DNA of 64,000 nucleotides from Ylistrum balloti (lineage: Eukaryota). The notes beneath the pieces were generated by a model that saw nothing but the letters and a program-made list of their open reading frames with translations, did no database searches and had not been told where the DNA came from. Below are positions 36,950 to 48,900 of the stretch, one piece after another. Made by a program: the position numbers and the translations under genes. The stretch spans positions 1-64,000 of the forward strand of contig NW_026782232.1 in the NCBI RefSeq assembly GCF_031769215.1. The letters are read 5' to 3'. The first letter of the stretch is position 1; each line of letters starts with the position of its first letter.

Positions 36950-39900
36950 GTAATTATCTTATTTTTTAATTTATCTTATTAAGGTTGAACTGTACATGCA
37001 TATACATATACATATAAACCTGGTATTTCACATCTAAGCACTGAACCCACTTACTTTGTATTGAAAACATTAACAAATGAATTATCATCATGTGTTGATA
37101 CAAACTTCATCTAAATGATTCAAAGATTGTAATACACTGATTTTTTTGGTAGTGAACCTGACATCCGTCCAGCCCTTGACAGCTTTCACACGATTCATGA
37201 TACAGGCTGTGTATGTCAACACAGACGGTACAGTAAAAGACAACACACCACTTGGCAGGTTTATCGATCTCGACTACAACAGTACTGATCCTGAATTAAG
37301 AGGGAGAACAGAGATTACCTGTGCAGGCGGGGTAAGTAATTTAAGATGGTGGCTCTGTATGCTCTTTGTCTTAGGGTAGGTTTGACGTGGAGTGGGCCAC
37401 AGAAATGACCTGGATATCATGAGATTACCTTTAGAGATTAGAGATTATGTGTTAACCTGATCCAGGTATCTATAGATTACCTGTATATGTGTTGTGTTTA
37501 CTTTACCTTGATTTCCACAGATTACCTGTATTGGTGGTTTGTTAACCTTACCCTGATATCCACAGATTACCTGTATTGGTGTTGTGTTTACCTTACCCTG
37601 ATATCCACAGATTACCTGTAAAGGTGTTGTGTTTACCTTACCCTGATATCAACAGATTACCTGTATAGGTGGTTTGTTTACCTTACCCTGATATCAACAG
37701 ATTACCTGTTTAGGTGTTGTGTTTACCTTACCCTGATATCAACAGATTACCTGTATTGGTGTTGTGTTTACCTTACCTTGATATCCACAGATTACCTGTA
37801 TTGTTGTTGTGTTTACCTTACCCTGATCTTCACAGATTACCTGTATTGGTGTTGTGTTTACCTTACCCTGATATTCACAGATTACCTGTATTGGTGTTGT
37901 GTTTACCTTACCCTGATACCCACAGATTACCAGTAAATGTGTTGTGTTTACCTTACCTTGATATCCACAGATTACCAGTAAATGTGTTGTGTTTACCTTA
38001 CCCTGTTAACTGTAGATTACTGGCATGAATGCTGTGTTTACCTGACCCAGAGATTCATTGATTGATGTGTTTAACTGACCCCTAGATCCATAGACGTCCA
38101 CTATAAATAAGTTAGTGTTTACCTGTCCCAAACATCCATAGATTACCAGTATAAGTAAGTGTTTACCTATCACAAAGATCCATAGATTACCAGTATAAGT
38201 AAGTGTTTACCTGTCCCAAAGATCCATAGATTACCAGTATAAGTAAGTGTTTACCTGTCCCAAAGATCCATAGATTACCAGTATTAGTAATTGTTTACCT
38301 ATCACAAAGATCCATAGATTACCAGTATAAGTAAGTGTTTACCTGTCCCAAAGATCCATAGATTACAGTATTAGTAATTGTTTACCTATCACAAAGATCC
38401 ATAGATTACCAGTATAAGTAATTGTTTACCTGTCCCAAAGATCCATAGATTACCAGTATAAGTAAGTGTTTACCTGTCCCAAAGATCCATAGATTACCAC
38501 TATTAGTAAGTGTTTACCTGTCCCAAAGATCCATAGATTACCAGTATAAGTAAGTGTTTACCTGTCCCAAAGATCCATAGATTACCAGTATAAGTAATTG
38601 TTTACCTATCACAAAGATCCATAGATTACCAGTATAAGTAATTGTTAACCTATCACAAAGATCCAAAGATTACCAGTATAAGTAAGTGTTTACCTATCAC
38701 AAAGATCCATAGATTACCAGTATAAGTAAGTGTTTACCTGTCCCAAAGATCCATAGATTACCAGTATAAGTAAGTGTTTACCTGTCCCAAAGATCCATAG
38801 ATTACCAGTATAAGTAATTGTTTACCTATCACAAAGATCCATAGATTACCAGTATAAGTAATTGTTAACCTATCACAAAGATCCAAAGATTACCAGTATA
38901 AGTAAGTGTTTACCTATCACAAAGATCCATAGATTACCAGTATAAGTAAGTGTTTACCTGTCCCAAAGATCCATAGATTACCAGTATAAGTAAGTGTTTA
39001 CCTGTCCCAAAGATCCATAGATTACCAGTATAAGTAAGTGTTTACCTATCACAAACATCCATAGATTACCAGTATAAGTAAGTGTTTACCTATCACAAAG
39101 ATCCATAGATTACCAGTATAAGTAATTGTTTACCTATCACAAAGATCCATAGATTACCAGTATAAGTAATTGTTTACCTATCACAAAGATCCATAGATTA
39201 CCAGTATAAGTAAGTGTTTACCTGTCCCAAAGATCCATAGATTACCAGTATTAGTAAGTGTTTACCTATCACAAAGATCCATAGATTACCAGTATAAGTA
39301 AGCATTTACCTGTCCCAAAGATCCATAGATTACCAGTATAAGTAAGTGTTTACCTGTCCCAAAGATCCATAGATTACCAGTATAAGTAAGTGTTTACCTA
39401 TCACAAAGATCCATAGATTACCAGTATAAGTAAGTGTTTACCTGTCCCAAAGATCCATAGATTACCAGTATAAGTAAGCATTTACCTGTCCCAAAGATCC
39501 ATAGATTACCAGTATAAGTAAGTGTTTACCTGTCCCAAAGATCCATAGATTACCAGTATAAGTAAGTGTTTACCTATCACAAAGATCCATAGATTACCAG
39601 TATAAGTAAGTGTTTACCTATCACAAAGATCCATAGATTACCAGTATAAGTAATTGTTAACCTATCACAAAGATCCATAGATTACCAGTATAAGTAAGTG
39701 TTTACCTATCACAAAGATCCATAGATTACCAGTATAAGTAAGTGTTTACCTATCACAAAGATCCATAGATTACCAGTATAAGTAATTGTTTACCTATCAC
39801 AAAGATCCATAGATTACCAGTATAAGTAAGTGTTTACCTGTCCCAAAGATCCATAGATTACCAGTATTAGTTAGGTATTTACCTGATCCAGGTATCCAAA

Positions 39901-42900
39901 GATCCAATTGACTGGTGTGTATATATATATATATATATATATGTATATTATTGTTAAAATTACTGTTATCAGACTTTGACAACTAGTGACGTTTTTTTTT
40001 AAATAGGTTACTAGAAAGTCTTCTGACAGTGAAATTAGACAATGATCAATGAGCTCTTCATTTACAGTAAGGTTAAGATATTTAGTAAATTACCGTGAAT
40101 ATGGAAACATATGTAAACCTTTCTAAGAATGTGAAACAGTTACAATTATGCATTTTTATGATGATCTGTAGATGTGTATAGCTAAATAAAGAATGTTAAC
40201 CTTCTTGTGATGTTAAACAAACTCGAATGATAAAATGTATGGTGTATTAACTGTGTAGTTGTTATGTCTGATGGAATCGATTAGTTTCACTTGACATTCT
40301 GAAGGTATTGATGCAGAAATAATGAGTTAACCAACAGGTGTGCCTAGAATTTCACCTGCCCACTTCATGTTAAAAATGAATAAATTAAACGATTTTACGT
40401 AAAGAAATTTAAGATCTTTGCATATATGGTTAGTTATTATGTTCTACTTTCTGCAATAGTGAAGTAAATCATACACAGTATAATGTATATAATTTAAGAC
40501 ATGTTTTTACATTACAGCGTGCTACAAAACAAAGTAATGCCAACCAACTGAAGAAAAATGTGCGTCTGGTCTGGAAGCCCGACGTGACCATGAAGGGGCC
40601 TATTGTGTTCAGGTAATTTGTAGATACCAAGACACCTTCATGATTATCGCACTATAAAGAACACATCCAAATCTCATCTTTATAGTCTGTGAGGTTTTTA
40701 AGAAATTACGTAAACTTCCCTGTTAATTTTTCTCTGATAAACTCAGGTATGACACCAGTTCGTTTTTTTTTTTTGCATTTTCAGTTCCTATCATAATTGA
40801 TACTATGGGCTGTCACTTCAAGAGTCCTAGTGTACAGGATAACAATACCTGTACAGGTATCTTTGTGACACAGTATCTTTCATTGTTTAGATCTGTAGAT
40901 AATGACTGTATTTTGTCCTTTCATCTACATTCATGTGTGTAGCTTGTTTCACGGTTAAACACACCTAAGTTAGATACTCCACTGAACATCAATACCAATC
41001 TAACACATGTTAACTGTGTTAACTTTCCGCAGTTGTTTGTATGTTTAACAGCTTATTTTGTCTGAAGGAAGTGAGGGATGGGTAGGATAATTGTGTAAAT
41101 CTGTTATAAGGTGTTACTGAGGCTGTTTTAGAGAATACCGGTAAATGATTAGAGATTATGCACGGTAGATTGTCATTATCATATACCTGTATCATATATA
41201 AAAACTTAACACCTTCATGTCAGCGACAGACAGTATCATTTACATAATATCCATGAAAAATCTTTGGAGTGTAAACAGTGCACCACATCACTAGGTAAGG
41301 AATGTTCTGCCATGTAGTTAGAGAAGGCATGGGTGCTTTACCAATGTGAAATGCAGTGATCATTTCCCTATTAGGTGTAAGCTTCCTTCCCAATGGTAAA
41401 TGTAATTAAGTTTAATTATAGATTTGTTTTGTAGATACAAATGTATCTATATATGAATTTAGTCTGATTTGATATGAGGCTGTGTTTTAATTAGGACAGC
41501 TGACTGATTATATGTACACAGTTCTATATAAAGATACACATATAAGTATTCCGTGCTTGTATAGTTCAGTCACGGTGTTTAATAAACATACAGGGATTGT
41601 TATTTGGTTCATTTCTCACTGGTTGGAAACATTTTATATACACTGTATAGTCTCTGTGTCAAGGCTGTTTCTGTTGATAACTTCAGTTGCTTGATGAGGC
41701 TGCTTTCTGTTGATAACTTCAGTTGCTCGATGAGGCTGCTTTCTGTTGATAACTTCAGTTGCTCGATGAGGCTGCTTTCTGTTGATAACTTCAGTTGCTC
41801 GATGAGGCTGTTTCTGTTGATAACTTCAGTTGCTCGATGAGGCTGCTTTCTGTTGATAACTTCAGTTGCTCGATGAGGCTGCTTTCTGTTGAAAATCTCA
41901 GTTGCTCTGTCATCTCTTCATTGCCTCCCTTATTATTCTCACTTTGTAACTTTGTTATTTTACTGATGATATGAAACATTGGTGTCAGTTTTAATGTTCA
42001 TGCTGTCTTTCGCAGCAATATTCACAAGTTGCATTTAGCTGAGTTTGTCGAAGAGTGAAGTACTCTTCAACAACCAAGTTTGATATATAGGTAGATGATA
42101 GGTCGTATAACTTGAATCCAGATAAAAATATGAAATAGTAAAAAAAAATTCAAAACTGGCAAAATCTTCCTCAAATATGTTCAAATTGTCTTGAAATTTT
42201 GTACCTGTCTTCAGTAAGAAATGAACATAAACCTTTGAAATAGGCCTTGTGCTCATTGATTATAATTCTTTTTAATTCCTTAACTTCAATCTATAATTCT
42301 TAAAATGACTCAAAATTTACTGTAGTTCAACATGATTAACAAAAAACAAAAATTGTTGGGGACTTGATTGTTTAGAGAATCAAAGTGGAAAAAGAAAAAC
42401 AATCTGCGGAATACTTGTACTTTCTTGTCTTTTTTCTTTGTTGTATACGCTTTTCAAAGTATAAGAATATTCATGATTTATTTTCTTAACGTTAATGTTG
42501 AAACTTCTCTTATTTTATATTAGAAGGACCTATCACTGCATATATATTTCTATCCCTGTACTGTTGGGTGGAGATGAATATAAATATTTTAAAAATATAT
42601 TTATAAATATAAATTATAAGAAGTTTGTGTTAACTTATGAATCTCTTCAACAGGGCCACTTTCATTCAAGATGGCAACCGTTTCTGGGTGCGAGAACTGT
42701 CTGAGCCTGTCATTGACAAGAACGGTCCTCCCATGGACAAAAAACCTACAGATCCAAACGTAAGTGAGATGTAGATCTTGTTTATCTTACTATCATCACA
42801 ATGAGGAATTCACTTTTATTAATATTTGAAAGTCACATGACATTTTTTGCTGATGAAAGATAAATCTGTCTTTTCTTCCAAGGGAAAGACAGGTCAAACT

Positions 42901-45900
42901 CGACTGTTTTGAAAATGACACTCAAAAGAAAGTCACAATATTTTCTTCATGTAATCACTGAACAATCTGTTAGCATTATCAAAACACATCACTTTGATGA
43001 TGGCATGCTCTATTGAGCTCAGCTTTACCATACCTTGTAGCATTTTCTATTAGGAAAGTCTGGAAGAAAAATAATCAATCACATCTGTGTAACATAGACA
43101 GATAAGGCTCATCCAGTCTGATACTTCACTTCAAGATTGTTACTCATGGGAGGAGATTTCTCTTTATACTGAGGTTTCTCTTGCTTCAAAACAGAAATGA
43201 AACAATTATTCCATCTCATGTCAGGTCACACGGACAAGATTCTTCACATTTTTTCCAATTGTACTGTATTGCTTGGTTTCATTGTTGATATCCAGTTATG
43301 AAAGGTGGAGTGGTTTGTTGGGGAATAAACATTTTGCAGAACAGAAATAGACATATTTCTGTGGGAGACTTTTAGAAATTATTGCTTTCATAATCCTTAT
43401 TAACTTAAACACATGTTGAACATATTGCATTCTTTGTTAAATTACCATATCCTGTTTAGTCTGTCACTTGTACTAAACAAGTGGGGAAAACTTATGTTAA
43501 ACATGTTGTATTCCACTCACAGAGACTGCCTTTGATAGACCCAATAAACACGAGGGACTGTGGAACCAAAAAGGGTTGTTTCCGGATCCCTGAAGGCTGC
43601 TGGGAACCCTACTGTCAGTACATTGCCACCTGGGTCCACTTAGGAGGCAATCGGTACAGATTTGAAGTTGGAGGCATCACTGATGGGATCACAGACAGAT
43701 ATGTGTCACTTGCCATTTCGAATGACATCAGATGGGTAAGATATATCAAATGGCTCACCAATAGTTACTTTGCTTATCATTTGGATACACCACATATTAA
43801 GCAAATTGCCACCTTTTAAGTCTCGGAAATGATCAGATATCTCAAATATAGTCAAACTAGGTTATTTTAAAATCTGAAGAATTTATGACCACATTAATGT
43901 TGAAGTTTTTCTTCATTTTCAACAAATAATCTCTTTCTATCTTTGTTACAGTTATCAAACTTGTTGACTTGGATATATATAGATATATACATACTTTTTA
44001 TGGACAGATCTACTTTAAGATTACAATGTTCAAACTTTACCTATCACATAAAGACAAAAAAGTTATAAGTCTTGTCATTTAAAGACATTGTCCAATAATA
44101 ATTACAAAATTGTTGGGGTGGAGGGATTGGAGGATAGAGGTCAGAGAAAATGTACATAACCAATCGGATCTTGTTACACTCTCAATGAATTGTTTCATTG
44201 TTTGTAGGATAGAGGAAATTTCAATGGGATATGTATTGATGGGTATATTTATATGAATGTCTGTCAATATTTGTTTGTGTAAATTTTCAGGGTGGAGACT
44301 TGGTAATGGAGTGTGTCCACAATGGAGCTACAGGTCTAACACAGGTCTACCTGGCCAAGAGTGTTGACCACTTCACTCACAGACTCAAAAATGTAAGTAC
44401 TGAGTGCTGAGATACAATCAGTACAGGTCTATCTCACCAAGAGTGTTGACCACTTCAATCACAGACTCAAAAATGTAGGTACTGAGCAATGAGCTACAGG
44501 TTTACTTTTCTAAGAGTGTCAACCACATCTCTCACTGGCTTCAAAATTGTTAGTGCTTACTGTCACATAGTCTAGAATGTAAGTACGGTAACCATTCACC
44601 ACACTTACAGATTAAAAATAGTTTGTTAGCTCTAATTACATAGATTGAATGACAAATTTTTTTGTGAGATGAAAATGCTGCAGTCATATTTACCTTTCAA
44701 ATTATAAATATTGTTGGTTTCATTGCAGCCAAAGGCTGGTATAATAGCCGAAGAGGGACAGTTCCTTAATGGCCGCCTGCGATGTCGATTTGAGAAGGTG
44801 CCCCATCCAGATACCAAAGATTACCCCATGTCTGGCTATAGCCATCTTCTCATGTCAAGGGGTGTCGCAGAATCAGGTTAATTTTGTATTTATATACAAC
44901 AAAGACAGCTTCCAAATTTATATAAAAGAAATCATGGCAGAGTCCAGTTAATGATATAGTCATGTACAATGGAGGCTACTAATTGTATGCTAATAATGGT
45001 ATTTGTGTTTTACTTTGTGAAATACTCTGACTTTACAGAGATGAAAGATTATAGAGAATATATGTATTTTTGTAAAATTTCTGTACGGCCTCCCATGTAA
45101 TGCCTATTATGATGTAAGAACTAAGATAATAGACACGCTGATATTATAACATTAAAATGGCAAATTAAATACTCAAATACAACAGTTGATACTCAAATAC
45201 ATTCCTTGTACCAGCACAAACTAGTGAAGATATTTATGAAGCTCATTCTGACATATTCTTTTTTGTTGAAAACAATGGCTTATGTGAAAACAAAGGTTGC
45301 TTCTGTGTAAGCATTTGAAACGGTTAGATTGGTTGAACCTGCAAGGAAAATGCCAGGTACAGATCGTTTTCGAGGCAAGACTGCAGAATATTTGGCACAT
45401 ACAAATTGAGGGGTCAAACCATACCTGTTTGTAGTTTACTTGTTAAATATCATTAGTTTTCAGAATTTCACAATAAAGTAGGATCAGTACAATCACATAT
45501 TTCCGGGAGCATTGTGCTATTAGGACTGAGTAAAATGGAGGATATCTTAATGTTAGTTAATTGATTTAAGCTTGACAGGAAATTCTGAAATCAAGCATTT
45601 AGAGCTTCACATATATCAGTTCCAACATCCACCTACATGAACATTTGTGTTTAGTGGAATAATTGCAGACCACCTGAACCGTTTCAAAAGGGTTACACAA
45701 AAGTGTCCAAAGACTCTCAAAATCTCTTGTGTATGAGTAAAGTAAGGGAGATAACTCAAGAAAATGCTGTTTTACTACAGGTGAAGCTGCCCCACACAGA
45801 TTTGGTGTAGGAGAGATTCCTCTGTCCTCAGCTGATGAGATTACCCTCTCCTCTACAGCCAACATTGGTGATTACGCTCGTTACTCCCTTGTCAAGGGAC

Positions 45901-48900
45901 ATGGTAAGTAGATGGACTTTATGTCACGACATGATGAGTTCATCAGCAGTAGATTTTATTAATCAGAAATAATTTCCAAATTATTTATTTATTCAAATAA
46001 AAGGAGAAACATTTGACAACATTCTTGGTAAGATTTTAGTAGAGATATTTCTTTCTAGAAATTTTGTTTTTCAGGAAATAATTTTATCAGTCCTGTAAAT
46101 GGAGGGATGGTTATCTAAAATTGTATTAAATGTTAAAACAGTAAAATATCAAAACAACATTTTACAAGAAATTGGTAGAGTGTTTTCTTGTTGTATAGAA
46201 AATGTCACTGTACTGACTGCTAAGTTACCGTTTTGTTATGATCTTCCTCAATAAGTACCATCTTTGTTACAGGTATCCTCATGATTTTGGCATGGTGTTT
46301 CTTTGGCACCACTGGCATGCTCCTTATCAAATATTACCAAACCATGTGGCCAAACAAGCGTTTCTTCAGCCATAGATACTGGTTTATTGTAAGTAGCGAA
46401 TATTACTGCTCTGATATTAATGGTAATATCGTAATCATATTTCTAAGTAACACTAAAAGCAGAGAGTTACATGATTACTGGGTATGTCAATTTGATAGAA
46501 ATTACCCAACTTTCACTTTAAGTGGGCAATCGTTACAATCTACACCTATATAGCTTGTGTAATGTATCTATAACATTTTACAAATACCTACGGTGACTTG
46601 ATGTTTACAATATGATGAATGTAACAAATATACAGTTGTACTGGAAATGTTAGTTGTGAGAAATGAAACCAATTTCTAGGCCTGTGAACTTAGTAAATAA
46701 ATGTGAAAATACCGTAAAAACATGTCAAAAGAAATGGTAAGACATAATGACACAGAAATATACCCTCTCATGTTTTGAAACTTGGAAAAATTAATTGTTA
46801 TTAAAACGTATAAATGACTTTTTTCAATATAATAATTGTAGTAGTACTTCATAGCATATTTTTTTTCACTTTCCATGTATTTTAGAATATAATGCTAATA
46901 GTGTCTGAGCTACAAGGCCCTGAACAATGTGAACAAAAACTATTACTGAAATGATTTGTCATATAACACCTTTTTATTGAAATTGGCATCACTATTCACA
47001 AAGTTCTCATCGTCAATGTACAATAATGTAGCTATTAAAATGTTTGCACGAATTAAATGCTGAATTAAGTGACAGACAATGATAAGTTCACACAATATAA
47101 CAGATTCAGCTTTGATTTTTGTTTCACATGCAAGAGGTGCGAAACTTTCCCAGATAGAGGATGACCTAATGACCCTAATTAGTCATGATGAACTGTACAG
47201 GTGTACAACTTTGAACATCTTAATACCTTGATGATTTAGCTTGTAAAAATTATATTGGGAATGAAAATTGAACAATTCTTTGAGAGTGAAAGGTTAATTT
47301 GAACGTTATATATTACAGTTGTGAAAACAAATGTTCAAATATGTGGTGACATCCCTAATGATTACAGTTTAAAAGTTGCCACATAGTTCTACTGTAACCT
47401 TACCATTACTTGTGTTCTATGTGTGGTATTGTTGTGTTTCAGGGACATATTAACTGTATGGCGTGGCTGCTACTACTGGTGATCATCGCTATAATTCTAA
47501 TCTTTGTTGAGGTTGATGGGTACAGCAAAGCTGACTATCTACCCTACAAGGCTCATCCTATCTTGGGTATCATCATTTTTGTCTGTGTGATCCTTTGTGT
47601 AAGTATAATGTATCATGCCTTTGGTATTTTGTATAGGAAACATAGGCTGGTGAAGTGTAGCAGTGATTATAAAGCAAACTGGCATTATAAACCAAGAAAA
47701 ATTTTAAACCTGAAAAATTATGTGTTTAGTAGTATTATATACGAGAGTATCACCTATTTTATTATATTTATAATATAAGGTTAGATATCTGACAAATATT
47801 TTTTAAAAATATTTTTCCCAAATGATCGGATTTAATTAATTAATGTTGGGAGATATTTCTTGACAGAGTAAAAAAACAAAACCCTTGACTGGACATTGTA
47901 AACAAACTTATATCTCTCTGTGTAAAATCATACATAACTTGTTAACAGACCCCGGAACACTTGTTACCAAAGATATTTATTTTTGACAATCCAGTGGAAT
48001 ACATGTATTAGAATATTTAATTACATGTGTATTTGTGTTGGTGTTACACATATGATATGTATTTGTACAGTTCATCATTGCCCTAATCCGACCTGACGAG
48101 GATAACCGCTGTCGTCCAGTCTTTAACTGGTTCTACTGGTTATTTGGCACAGTAGCCTGGTGTCTGGCAAGTAAGTAGAAAGTACAAGGTGGATGACCTT
48201 GATGTCTGCTTCTGAAATCTGTTTCCTTGTTTCATACTGTATTGAAACTTGTGAATGTTAACAGTTCATATTTTCACGATTTCTTTTCAAAACGACCAAA
48301 TAGTAATTTAAACAATCAAAATTTTGCAATCTTGATGTGAAAGGACATCTAATACTCTTGTGTTTCATTATTTCATGGATTTAATTTTGGTGACTATGTT
48401 TATGTACCACAAAATAGTGAAAATATCATCCCCCAAAAAATAATCTGTTATACGGTATGTTTTATCCTATAATTCTATATCATAAGATGTAAATGCCACT
48501 GTTTAACCATCAACATGGATCTACTGATTATTTCATGTGTAACTTCATATGTAGTTTTGTGATTCTCACATTTGTTTGGTGTTCAATTTCAAATGTGATT
48601 TCCCCCATTTATGTAGAGATCAGTTTCAAAGTTTAACAATCTCTGTGTAATCCTTTTTTTAAATAATTTTTTAAAAAATATTTCGATTTTGTTATTCCAT
48701 AATAAGGTCTTCTTGTGAAGTAATTTTAAGTGATGATTTTTGTAAAATTTTTATAAAATTTCTCATTTAAATGATTTCTTTAGAACATTCTAGTTGCTTG
48801 CAAACATTTCTACAAGATGTGATATTAGTACTCATTACCTTTGACTTGTTTTCAGTCCCTAACATGTTTATTGGGATGGACTTTGGGAAGTCTATGGTGC

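Noticed and set aside
28504-39870. Regular 28-50-bp arrays as CRISPR arrays
   Set aside because: Head-to-tail repeats with no unique spacers, no cas genes, inside a spliced eukaryotic gene region.
37714-41979. Repeat-peptide ORFs (LCLPYPD..., MRLLSVDNFSCS...)
   Set aside because: In-frame 45- and 36-bp minisatellites within FRRS1 introns, lacking usable splice sites.
44422-44474. Exon 6 copy 2 as an additional or mutually exclusive exon
   Set aside because: Only about 30 nt from the exon 6 donor (too short an intron), weak acceptor, and 47 or 53 nt would shift the frame.
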